Of a DNA stretch of 64,000 nt, positions 38,823 to 48,800 are shown piece by piece (position 1 is the stretch's first letter; each line of letters opens with the position of its first letter). The DNA is taken from assembly GCA_000002435.2 (NCBI GenBank), contig CM018792.1, one strand, 5' to 3'. The notes under the pieces are model-generated. The model was given only the letters and a program-made list of their open reading frames with translations. It made no database searches and was not told the DNA's origin. The position numbers and the translations under genes were made by a program. This stretch comes from Giardia intestinalis (taxonomy: Eukaryota).

Positions 38823-40931
38823 ATGGATGTCTACATCCTTTCTGTTGCCCCCCTATCCCTCCTTATCCGTGCCCTGAACAGTAGTAATGCAGTGCTGGTC
38901 AATGTTCCAGGCGGGACGCAGCGAATCCTGAACTCAAATAAGCTAAAGGTAGGAGATATATCCACAGTGCTCCTGACCAATGCACACCCGTATTTCTTAG
39001 AAGGCCTCTCGGGGCTTCTCCAGACCTTATGCAATAACGGCCCTCCGGTGACTACTGATCTACTGACGAGCGACCCCAGTGTTCTTGATCTTCTAGAAAC
39101 ACTCAACAATTTTGCACATACACCATATTGGGATGGACGCACTGTACTGTTTAGTAAGACATACCAGGACTATTCCACTGCTTTGTATGCGATACGCGCC
39201 ATAATCCTGGATTCAGAAATGCCACTCTTATTCTCCATAGAGCATGTTGTGACGAAGCGTAAGTTGGACAAGAAGAAAATTAAGGAGCTAAGATTGACCG
39301 GTCTTCAATGCAAGGAGCTGGCAGCTGGAAGCACGGTTGTTCATGAAGGTGTCCCCATTATTCCCGATGATGTCTCTGTGCTGGCGACTACCCGTAGCGT
39401 TATCATTCTAATGGATACATACTATCCCGAGAAAACAGAGCAAATACTCTCAGCCGTGTTAGAACTAGTTCAAAAGGAAGGGTCGTTTCTTATTTGTGCA
39501 TCTGAGCGGTACAGGCCTCTGTTATCAGCGAAAGTGTTGAAGCGGAATACGTTAGATATTGTATACTGTGCCGACAGCTACACCCTTAAATCTCCAAATG
39601 ATCCAGGTGTTCTCACGGCATATGCAGATTTTGTTGGTTTGCGCAGAATTTGGAATGTACTTGTTCCTCATGCACTTATACCTCCTCTCGAATCGTGTTT
39701 GGCCTCAGAAACTCCCAGTCTGACAAGGTTTTTTCTCAGCACTGCTCTAGAGCGATTTGCTCCGATTCGGCTTTCTACTTTGCAAGACCTTATATCTAGC
39801 CTGGAAATCTATCCCCAATACTCTGGTTTGCTTACAGAGACCGATCCCAGCTTAGCTCCCCTAGCGTGCGTTCACAGTCTAGATGTTCCAGGGCTATTAC
39901 TCTTAGGGACCGGTGCTTCGGTTCCCTCCAAATATCGCAACGTGTCTGGTTACCTGGTTGTCACATCTAGTCGACATACAGTATGCATTGATCCTGGAGA
40001 GGGGACCCTGCAACTATTGGAATGGGCGGCCAGGGGCATATCGGTTTCAGACTTGGTTGTTAGCTTGTCTTTTATTGGCATTACACATAGTCATGCTGAT
40101 CATTATCTTGGATTATCCTCGCTGGTTCACCGGTATTTGCTCGAAGTCATGCGCCTCACAACTGAAGGTGACACAGAAAAACTACATCCTTTGATTATAT
40201 TGGCGGGATCAACAGAACTGTCCTTTTTGGATCACAGTCTTAAGACCCTTGAAAAATCTTATCAACAACTAGCAAATATGTATCTGCAAATATTACCTAG
40301 AGAGGCAACCAACTATTTAGGAAGACTTACCTCCCTTCCGGAGTTCTTGGATGGGTGTCAATCTACTTCTTACTACCTGACAGCTGTACGCGACATTCAG
40401 TTTCTCTGTGTGCCATCTGATCATATCCCCGGCTCTATCTCCATATTCTTGAGGGACAACTCCTTGCAGATCGGTATCGGTATTAGCGGAGATACCAGAC
40501 CCTCTCCGGCCTTCGTTTTTGGGGCGCAAATGCTTAGAGAGGCTAACACTAGGTTCCTAATAATTGTTCATGAAGCTACTTTTGCTGATTCTGAGCAGGA
40601 TCTTGCTGCACTAAAGGGACACAGTACAATAGGCCAAGCAGCCGAACAAATACGAAAATGTGGAGCAGACGTGGGGATTTTCACTCACTTTTCACAGCGA
40701 TACACAAAGAATATTCCAGAATTGTCCTCTGATAAGGATCAGGAGGACAAGGAGGCTCCAATTGACAGGCCTGTCTGCTTGTACGCATCTGACATTATGT
40801 GGCTACCAATTGAACAGCATTCAAATCATCATAGTGTGCATAATTTACCTGTGTCAATCCAGCCCTGGACAGATCTAGCCTCAGTTGTAAAGCAGCTCTA
40901 TGTAATGGCTGACTGTTCCGCTATCAATTGA
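38823..40931 (+). CDS. Ribonuclease Z, long form (tRNase Z / ELAC2-like metallo-beta-lactamase)
   Basis: HxHxDH motif ITHSHADHYLGL. tRNase Z blocks AVLVNVPGGTQRIL, LGTGASVPSKYRNVSGYLVV, CIDPGEGTLQLL and, C-terminally, GDTRPSP, IIVHEATF, GHSTIGQA, IFTHFSQRY. The track starts at a GTG at 38745, which would overlap the neighbouring gene. The ATG at 38823 (MDVYILSV) matches the family N-terminus. Confidence 0.85.
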   Translation: MDVYILSVAPLSLLIRALNSSNAVLVNVPGGTQRILNSNKLKVGDISTVLLTNAHPYFLEGLSGLLQTLCNNGPPVTTDLLTSDPSVLDLLETLNNFAHTPYWDGRTVLFSKTYQDYSTALYAIRAIILDSEMPLLFSIEHVVTKRKLDKKKIKELRLTGLQCKELAAGSTVVHEGVPIIPDDVSVLATTRSVIILMDTYYPEKTEQILSAVLELVQKEGSFLICASERYRPLLSAKVLKRNTLDIVYCADSYTLKSPNDPGVLTAYADFVGLRRIWNVLVPHALIPPLESCLASETPSLTRFFLSTALERFAPIRLSTLQDLISSLEIYPQYSGLLTETDPSLAPLACVHSLDVPGLLLLGTGASVPSKYRNVSGYLVVTSSRHTVCIDPGEGTLQLLEWAARGISVSDLVVSLSFIGITHSHADHYLGLSSLVHRYLLEVMRLTTEGDTEKLHPLIILAGSTELSFLDHSLKTLEKSYQQLANMYLQILPREATNYLGRLTSLPEFLDGCQSTSYYLTAVRDIQFLCVPSDHIPGSISIFLRDNSLQIGIGISGDTRPSPAFVFGAQMLREANTRFLIIVHEATFADSEQDLAALKGHSTIGQAAEQIRKCGADVGIFTHFSQRYTKNIPELSSDKDQEDKEAPIDRPVCLYASDIMWLPIEQHSNHHSVHNLPVSIQPWTDLASVVKQLYVMADCSAIN

Positions 40932-41865
40932 ATATGTTATGGAAAAAGCGCGAAATAGCGTTCCCCGACTCTCTAGTTCGCTTTGTAAATCGCGGGGGAG
41001 GGTCCATAGCTGCCCCGTAGTAATCTTTGTCGCGATGGTAATTCTCAAGCAAGCTTTCGAAATACTCTAGCCCATTTATGGATGAGCTATCAACCCCATT
41101 GAATATTCCATCGAAGTAGACACGGCAACACAGCTCCTTGACTAATGAGTGCACCATAGTAAATATAGTGTTGTCCGTGCACGACACCTCTATAAGCAAA
41201 TCAACAGAATTGCTGACTAGCTTCATGACGAGGTCAAAGGGCGGCGTGTCAATATCGAGTTTGTTAAGACTAAAGGCAGGATGAAATATATACCTTACAT
41301 GTCTGATGGTCTTATGCGGCGGTGGCTCAATCTGTAGCTGTATGTTAAACCATCCGTCCGGCCTCAGTCCAAGGCGGATTGACTCTGGGGAACACTTTGT
41401 TCTTATGGCGACATTCTTTATCTTCCATCTGCGCTCTCCCATTGGTCCATCCATATCTATGTTTGCGCGGCATAATGGGCATGAAGTATTGTCATAGTGT
41501 AGCCATCTAATGAGGCAGATCCGATGAAAGGTATGGGTGCACGGTAGAACAACGACGTCATTAGGGTCTGGATTCGAATGGGCCGTCTCTCGCACCCTGT
41601 TGCAATCTACAATTGTAGCGCTCCTATCAGGCTCCTTGTGTGGTTTGAGCTGAATGACCAGAGGGAGCTTCTTCTTAGACACCTTCGTTGTTATTCTCTC
41701 CATCTCCACACTCCGATGGGACGGGGTCTGTATGGAGGACATAGATTCACATTCGTGCATGCTTGCTTGACAGATTACACACCAAACGCCGTCCTCAGAC
41801 ATCGAGGTACTTGGAATGGGCGTTGGTGTTTGACCTTGACTGGGAGTAACTCTAAACATAGACAT
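40924..41865 (-). CDS. RING-H2 finger protein (putative E3 ubiquitin ligase)
   Basis: CVICQASMHECE...LPCTHTFHRICLIRWL...CPLCR. ATG at 41865 preceded by ttagattaaattaattc. Its last 8 nt overlap the 3' end of the convergent tRNase Z gene. Confidence 0.75.
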   Translation of the reverse strand: MSMFRVTPSQGQTPTPIPSTSMSEDGVWCVICQASMHECESMSSIQTPSHRSVEMERITTKVSKKKLPLVIQLKPHKEPDRSATIVDCNRVRETAHSNPDPNDVVVLPCTHTFHRICLIRWLHYDNTSCPLCRANIDMDGPMGERRWKIKNVAIRTKCSPESIRLGLRPDGWFNIQLQIEPPPHKTIRHVRYIFHPAFSLNKLDIDTPPFDLVMKLVSNSVDLLIEVSCTDNTIFTMVHSLVKELCCRVYFDGIFNGVDSSSINGLEYFESLLENYHRDKDYYGAAMDPPPRFTKRTRESGNAISRFFHNIFN

Positions 41866-41973
41866 GAATTAATTTAATCTAAGTTGATGTGGTTGGGTTC
41901 ATATCCCACTTTCAGGATGAATGTGAACCATGTCTTCATAAGGTCCATAAGTATAGTAGAGCGGAGAAAAAGT

Positions 41974-43377
41974 CTAGTTCTCATCTAACCCCGCTTCACT
42001 TCGCAAGGCGCCGTCAACAAAACCATTTTGACCCATAACAACTACGGTTGGCTCATCCCGATTCTGCCGAGCCCGTTCTCGTGTACCCTCGCTAACACCT
42101 TCTTTCTCATGCTGACCCAACCCATCTTCATCTTCGGCCAGTGGCCGCCCTCCATAGTAGTCTCTATCTTTCCCTTGTAGCATCTCCTTACTAGTCTCCA
42201 CAGAAGCAGGCATAACGCTTGTCAACGTGCTGCTACCACCACATGCGTTTGCGGGTTGTATTTCTCTGAGCTTTTGTCGAATGTGTGTGAGCTTCTGCTC
42301 AATGTCCTGTCTTGTGTTCTGATTGGGAAGATTGATGCGTGGAACAAGCAGCGAATAATCGGGGCCATAGTACTCGTAGAACTGATTTGCTGGTATCTGT
42401 TCGGACAGGACCTGGTTACAGACGAGTGATGTCTCATATGTCCAACACTTGGCGGCAGAACGCGCTGTATACCCACCCCCACCTGTTAAGAGAAGCGGTA
42501 TGCCCTTCGCTTGCGTATACTGATACAGAATCTTAACACACTCCCCGTGACCTTTCAAGGTGACATTGAAGACCCCTAGTCGATCGCCTGCCAGCGAGTC
42601 TGCTCCACACTGCAAGACAACTGCTTGTGGATCATAGCAACACATCACATCCTTTACCACGCTTCCAAAGATGTAGATGAATGTGTCATCATCGATGGCG
42701 TCTTTCAGCGGAAAATTAATGGCGTACCCTTTCCCTTGGTCAGCTCCATTATCAAACAGATTGCCGGTGCCCGGAAAGAAGTCTGTGTCGTACTTGTGGA
42801 ATGACAGAGTCAAAACCCGATTTGTGGTATAGAAGGCCTCCTCGACTCCATCTCCGGCATGGATGTCAATATCTACATACAGCACACGCTCGTGTACCTT
42901 CAAGAGCTCAAGTATCCCTAAGACAAGATCATTGGCATAACAAAACCCAGAGGCTTCAGAAGCCTTTGCATGGTGGAACCCGCCCATCCAGTTGAGGGCT
43001 ACATCGCACATCCCATGATTCAAGTGAGCACATGCATTAACAGAAGCACCCACTGTCATGCTACAGTAGTCGTAGAGCCCAGAGAACACGGGGCAGTCTT
43101 CGGTAATGTTATATCTCTTGGCAAGGTCCTGGAACTTAGAAAGAGTCTCAGGCGTGATATTTTTCAGAAAGCGTATATAATCAGGGGTGTGGTAAAGAGC
43201 CATGTCCTGAAAAGTGGCGTCTCTAGGTGTATAGTAGTTCAAATGCTCATCCAAGCCGTATGCTAAAATAAGCTCATTCACCAAGGCAATCCTGAATGGC
43301 TTCATCGGATGATGCAGCCCAAAGTAGAAGGTGGGGAAGAGTGGGTTGTAGAAGAAGGAGGGTTTTGAAGGCGGCAT
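41974..43377 (-). CDS. Class I histone deacetylase (Rpd3/HDAC1-like)
   Basis: GFCYANDLVLGILELLKVHERVLYVDIDIHAGDGVEEAFYTTNRVLTLSFHKY is nearly identical in pattern to the HDAC1 catalytic core. ATG at 43377 preceded by ggattaaaa. Confidence 0.95.
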   Translation of the reverse strand: MPPSKPSFFYNPLFPTFYFGLHHPMKPFRIALVNELILAYGLDEHLNYYTPRDATFQDMALYHTPDYIRFLKNITPETLSKFQDLAKRYNITEDCPVFSGLYDYCSMTVGASVNACAHLNHGMCDVALNWMGGFHHAKASEASGFCYANDLVLGILELLKVHERVLYVDIDIHAGDGVEEAFYTTNRVLTLSFHKYDTDFFPGTGNLFDNGADQGKGYAINFPLKDAIDDDTFIYIFGSVVKDVMCCYDPQAVVLQCGADSLAGDRLGVFNVTLKGHGECVKILYQYTQAKGIPLLLTGGGGYTARSAAKCWTYETSLVCNQVLSEQIPANQFYEYYGPDYSLLVPRINLPNQNTRQDIEQKLTHIRQKLREIQPANACGGSSTLTSVMPASVETSKEMLQGKDRDYYGGRPLAEDEDGLGQHEKEGVSEGTRERARQNRDEPTVVVMGQNGFVDGALRSEAGLDEN

Positions 43378-43454
43378 TTTTTAATCCTTCAAATCAATGC
43401 AATGTAAAGCCGGTTTAAACACGGAGATGCTATGCATTAGCTCACCAGATGAAC

Positions 43455-45728
43455 TTAGTGCTCAGAGGTAGTAACAACAGACAGCATCTTGGCTAGAACA
43501 ATGTGCCTATTTTGCTGTGTGTTTATCCACGCCTCAAATGATGCTCCATCCACTTGAAGCCAGTGTAAAAGCTCATCAGGAAAATCAAGGACCTGTCCAT
43601 CCAAGGAGCTAGCAGATATCTTGGCGGGATTGAATACATACGTTTGATAGTAGTTGTTAGTAAGAAACAAAGTTTGATCTATACCTTCCTCTGCAAACTC
43701 ATTCAATAAGGTCATGCACAAGACTCCAGATCGCTGGATAGCATTTCGTGATACTTGCAAGGCTAAAATCTGACGAAGAATATCGGATGACTGTGCTGGT
43801 AGTTCAACCATTGTTTTAGCGTGCGGTTGGATCCCTGCAAACTTGACAGTGATGGCTGTTTGTAGCATGCAGCTGCTCGAAGATAAAACACCGCGGCTAA
43901 GCATGGCTATAGTTGCATCTACTGTTTTCCTCAATACGATGGTAGCTACTCTTTTCTCCAGGCAAGACGCGAAGCAGCGCGATCCTAGTATTCGGCAGAG
44001 TGTCAGGGGTGTTTTTTGTATATTGCTGTATTGACAAAGAAGCCCTCCTATAACTGCCTGGGCAGTGTTAGGGTTAAAGTTGCTATATCGTGCAAATACT
44101 GTAAGGAACAAATCAATTACCAAATAATCAAGACTGCTGATTTTTGAATTTTGCGCTTGAGAAGACTGTGCTTTGCTTCTATTAACAGAGATATCATTAG
44201 AACAGGCACTCTTACCCTTTAAATTTGCCATAAGGTTGGTGATTTTCTCGCATAGCTTACGAGTCCCATCGAGCTTAAGTTCACGGTCTGTCTGGTTTCT
44301 GATGAAGTAGTTATTTTCTGTTGATGCTATAACCTGCTGTCTATGTTCTTGTCCGGCAACAAACATAGTTCGCGCCTTTGGTTGCTTGGTCACTAACTTC
44401 AGTTGAGTGCTTAATGGAGGGAGTGTCGTACGTGATGTTATCTCTAGGCTTTTATAGTCTATTTTTGTGCTTGTGTTAAAGACTGGCTGCTTATTTTTCG
44501 TCAGTGCAGAACTCTTTTTGGAAATAGCTGGGGAAGACGAGGACAGAAGCTGCGGCTTAGATAGTGGGGTTTCAGAAGAGCATTCTGCAGGAGAGGTCTC
44601 ATCTATTACGCAGCGCAGAAGTGATAGCAAATCTAGGGGATGTAGGGCCTCACAAAAGTGCAAGGAAAAGAGGCCTAAAACGCCACAACATGCTAGTGTC
44701 ACAATGTGGAACTTGGGGAGCTTATAGAGACCGTCTCGGTATATCAGTCGGAGAAATATGTTTGCCATATAGCGAGATGTCAGGACGCGCTTAGTGATAG
44801 AGCGCGGAGATAGCTCCAAGAGATGCCTATTAAAGCTGTTACTATTAACCTGGGCAATGATACATGGCTGCACTAGAATGTCTGCTACTACATCGGCACA
44901 GATGTGATTCTGACCCGGGGCTATCGCCATCGCAATGGACTCTGCTACAGTGTCCTGCAAGAAGTAGTCTTGCGCACCTTCTGATGCATATGGAAGGGCT
45001 GCTATTCTTTTCATCCAAAGGTCCGCATACTCCATCGTGGAATCCAATAGGATCAAATACTGTAGGCATAACCTATCTGTCGGTACGGAGTTGAAGGGAG
45101 TGTTGGCGATGATGACAGACGACGATTTGGACAGATATACTTGCATTTCTTGAAAGTGGCAATTGTATATGTTAAGCGCTTTGTGAAAGAAAACCCCAGT
45201 TAAATTCCCCAGGCCATGCAACCCAGAAAAGTTAGAAAGTACTGAATAGACGTTTGAGCATACATGACAAAAGAGGGACTCGCACGTAGATATTAGCATT
45301 AAGATGATTGTGCAGGCATCTTCATTTTTAGAGCACTCCTCTTCTGCACTTAAACGCTTAAGAATGGCCTCCAGCAGCATCTGAAGGTATTGGATGCATG
45401 TGACAGGACTTATACTATGCGTGCATGTGACTAAAGCGTCGCACGCGCCATGTACAACACTGGACGTGTTTGAATAAAGAAATATCTCTGTGAATTCATC
45501 CAGAATTTGACCAGAGAGAGGAGACTCCTCAAAGATGTAAGGCGAGTTGGTGATGACTGATAACGCAGTAAGCTGTGCCATGGGGTCCCGTAAACTCAGA
45601 GAACTGATGGCATCTTGGAGCTCTCCGACTGAATAGAATGTGTCAAGCAAGTTTTCTGCTTCCACAGTATACAAAACTTCGTCATCTTCATGCAAGAAAT
45701 GGACACGTCCCGTGGGGTCCTTGAGCAT
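43455..45728 (-). CDS. Hypothetical protein, 757 aa
   Basis: Long ORF from an ATG with an AT-rich initiator (aaaatttgaaatttacctATG). No domain recognised. Confidence 0.75.
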   Translation of the reverse strand: MLKDPTGRVHFLHEDDEVLYTVEAENLLDTFYSVGELQDAISSLSLRDPMAQLTALSVITNSPYIFEESPLSGQILDEFTEIFLYSNTSSVVHGACDALVTCTHSISPVTCIQYLQMLLEAILKRLSAEEECSKNEDACTIILMLISTCESLFCHVCSNVYSVLSNFSGLHGLGNLTGVFFHKALNIYNCHFQEMQVYLSKSSSVIIANTPFNSVPTDRLCLQYLILLDSTMEYADLWMKRIAALPYASEGAQDYFLQDTVAESIAMAIAPGQNHICADVVADILVQPCIIAQVNSNSFNRHLLELSPRSITKRVLTSRYMANIFLRLIYRDGLYKLPKFHIVTLACCGVLGLFSLHFCEALHPLDLLSLLRCVIDETSPAECSSETPLSKPQLLSSSSPAISKKSSALTKNKQPVFNTSTKIDYKSLEITSRTTLPPLSTQLKLVTKQPKARTMFVAGQEHRQQVIASTENNYFIRNQTDRELKLDGTRKLCEKITNLMANLKGKSACSNDISVNRSKAQSSQAQNSKISSLDYLVIDLFLTVFARYSNFNPNTAQAVIGGLLCQYSNIQKTPLTLCRILGSRCFASCLEKRVATIVLRKTVDATIAMLSRGVLSSSSCMLQTAITVKFAGIQPHAKTMVELPAQSSDILRQILALQVSRNAIQRSGVLCMTLLNEFAEEGIDQTLFLTNNYYQTYVFNPAKISASSLDGQVLDFPDELLHWLQVDGASFEAWINTQQNRHIVLAKMLSVVTTSEH

Positions 45729-45854
45729 AGGTAAATTTCAAATTTTAAGAAGACCTTTCACAGCTTGCTCATAATAAACCCCTTGTCTGCTCTCTGCAGT
45801 GTCTGCTGGTACTTTATAGATTGTCTGGCTACTTGCTTGTTTACTCGCTGCTTT

Positions 45855-48800
45855 CTAATAGTCCTTTAATAGACCACCATAAATTAGAGATAATATCTGA
45901 ATCGATAAGCGCCTGCGATTCAGCCGCATAAAACACCCTCCTCCTGGAGCTACAAATCCAAACCCATCTTCATACGGTTCTAGAACATAGCTTTCCTTTT
46001 CTAGTCTTGCGTAGCGGCTAGCACAGAACGGTGATTCGAAAAACTCATTGCTCCAGCACTGACAGAGCCCATCTTCCACCAATTTATCAGCAACAAATAG
46101 ATCCTCCCGCTCGTCACTTATTGGAAGTCCACAGTATATGCAGACTCTGCCTTCTGTTGAATCGAGAAAGAACTTATTCCGACCCAGACTAAAGTATGCG
46201 AGCTTCAGGCGCTGAAAAGCTGTATCTGCTAGTGCTAGAGGACACAGGAGATTAAACGTTGTGGGTTTTATTGTTGTCGATATTGTACTTGTAGTGTTCT
46301 TCATCGCAATTCGGACTACATGGGTCTGGAAGCTGCATGCCTCTGTGCTGAAGGTCGTATTCAAAGCCATGGGCTGGCCTCCGTTCAAGTAGCTCTGTAT
46401 GTTGCGCTTGAGAGAATACGCACGTGCATTGGAAGACTGCTCTGGACAAAGAGCTTCATATATAGCCGCTTCCAGACAGACCAAAATCAAACTGTAGGAA
46501 ATGGCTGTTGCCTCTGTATAATTACGAATGGATCCTATACTTAGTAGGTTGCCAGTAAGTCTCTCCAAGGTACACGTAAGGCACTGCGACAAGTCTTCCA
46601 TGTTGGGTGTAATTGCTTGCTCTCCCAACCGCTGAAGCTCCTTGCTGACGTCCACGGCCATCTCCCAGATGATACGCATAGACAAGACGGCCCTTTCGCC
46701 TAGTTGCACTAGGCACTCGTTCACGGCTTGTACAAACGGCCTCTTGCCTATCCTTGTATCAAAAATCCAAATATATTGTAGCAAATACAGCAGAACAGCG
46801 AATATGCGAGACACGTCTGAGATTACTCTAAGAAACAACTGTGGAAGAGACGGCTCTGCACACATTTCCTGACACTTTGGTAAAAATAATAGAGATTGTA
46901 GATTGCAATCTATAAAATGAATAAGAAAAAGAATCATACCTAAAAGAAAGGGATCAGATGATAACACCGCCTTCAACTCATCTGTATTTGGAAAGAATCT
47001 CTTGGTACCGTGGTTTGAATGAGCAACATGCAATATTCTGATTAATAGTGGGAAAACAAGCTCTACCAGAATGAAGTTATGCATCTTATAGTTAGAGCTG
47101 GACCAGAATATGCTCGGCTGTACAAGAATATCGTGAAATAGAGGTATTCCGGTGATGTATGGAAAGGAGCAAACGGGACAAACTAGCGACTCCGCAACTT
47201 CAGACTCATCGTTACGTAGCATACACGACACGTGCTGGATGTGCGCACAAGATGCTGAGAGCAACGAGAAGAGCTCTGTGCTCGACGTTGTAAAAACAGA
47301 TATGATGATTCCTGCGTGCTCCTCCTCTGCTAACTGCTCAACGTACGGTATTAGAATAGAGTCAGCAGTAATGTCTAGCAAGTATGTATAGCCTGTGCTG
47401 TGATGGGAAATATGTGAGCTGGTGTTTCCTGTGTGAGGATTAAGATCAAATACTGATAGTTCTGGCCAAACACGTGGAGGGTAGTGGGAGACTGTCTCTC
47501 CCAACTGGCAGGCATGCTTGCGGAACGCTATGTACAAAAAATTGCTCCTAATGATTTGTAATGGTACGGCTTGTAATTGGTTGAGCAGCTGCACATCAAG
47601 CTCTGACAAAGCACAGAGCTGCGTTTTATAAACCAGTGATCTATTAATGGTCAGGGACTCCAAGCAAATGCAACAGATAGCGGCATCTACCCCGGTATTC
47701 TGGTGCTCCTTCTTTCCCGAGGAAGATGCGTGTATCATGTGGTGATCTGCCATAAGCTTTCTTAGTGTGCGCGTCAATTTGACCTTAATAGCTTGCGGGG
47801 ATTTTCGTTTGGTTACTCTTTCTGTGAATTTCGTAGCTGAATCAGAAGCCTGGACATAGAGCATCGAGGAGTATTCTATACTATTCTCCCTGAAGCTTTC
47901 CTCAAGATACTCTACAAGAGTCCTTGCCATCGGGTCAAACAGGAGGCGTCCTGCGCTAGATGCTATACGTCCGTGAGCGTAGCTAAGCATCTGGATGATG
48001 TTTGCAGTTGGGACAAGGAATCGGGTCGTTATGCACCTTTTAGATATGCAAATCAGAAGACGAAGAAGATGCAAAAAGCAACAGTGCCGTAAATATCCTG
48101 CACCATACAAATCAATGCAGGCAAATAATAAGTCAGCAAAATACTTACTGCCAGCAAAACAGCTAAGCAGATCTTCGTTACACTGTAGACTTACCAACAC
48201 TGGAAGTATGCGTAGCTCTCGGAGAGCCTCAGAATCCATAAACGCAGAGTGCACCCTATCGAGCTCCAGCGGGGCCAATAGAGGCTCCAGGACACGCCAG
48301 CCATTAGTTGTTAGCCTTACTTCTGCAGAGAAGTCCGTGTCATGTGTCTTGGGACTACAGACTAGCTTCACGGCTTCTAGGATGATCGATGTGTCTGAGA
48401 ACTGTCCAGAAAACTCCACAATTAAAGATGAAGGTGACGTGGTGCGATTTAGCGCTACATAAACGGCAACAAGGCTCTGAATATAGGTATTTCCTACGGT
48501 CAAGTACGGGTTATGAGTCACGAAAATAAGTTGAAGCAACAGTATGAGGGCCCCCTCATACAGAGACGAAAAAAGTGCAGCGGGTTCTGGATGAAGAGCG
48601 TGCGCATTACCAAGTTCTCCACCTACAATCGGAGGTATGAGCTCAGCCGTTTGTGTCATAAATCTTCGTCTGTCGAGTTCAATGGTCAATAGCGGCAGGT
48701 ATGACTGGTTAAAGATACTGGAAGACTGAATATATAGGTTATTGGAACCCCGAGATATCAGTCCAAACGACACTAAAATACCTAGCAAACAACAATTAAC

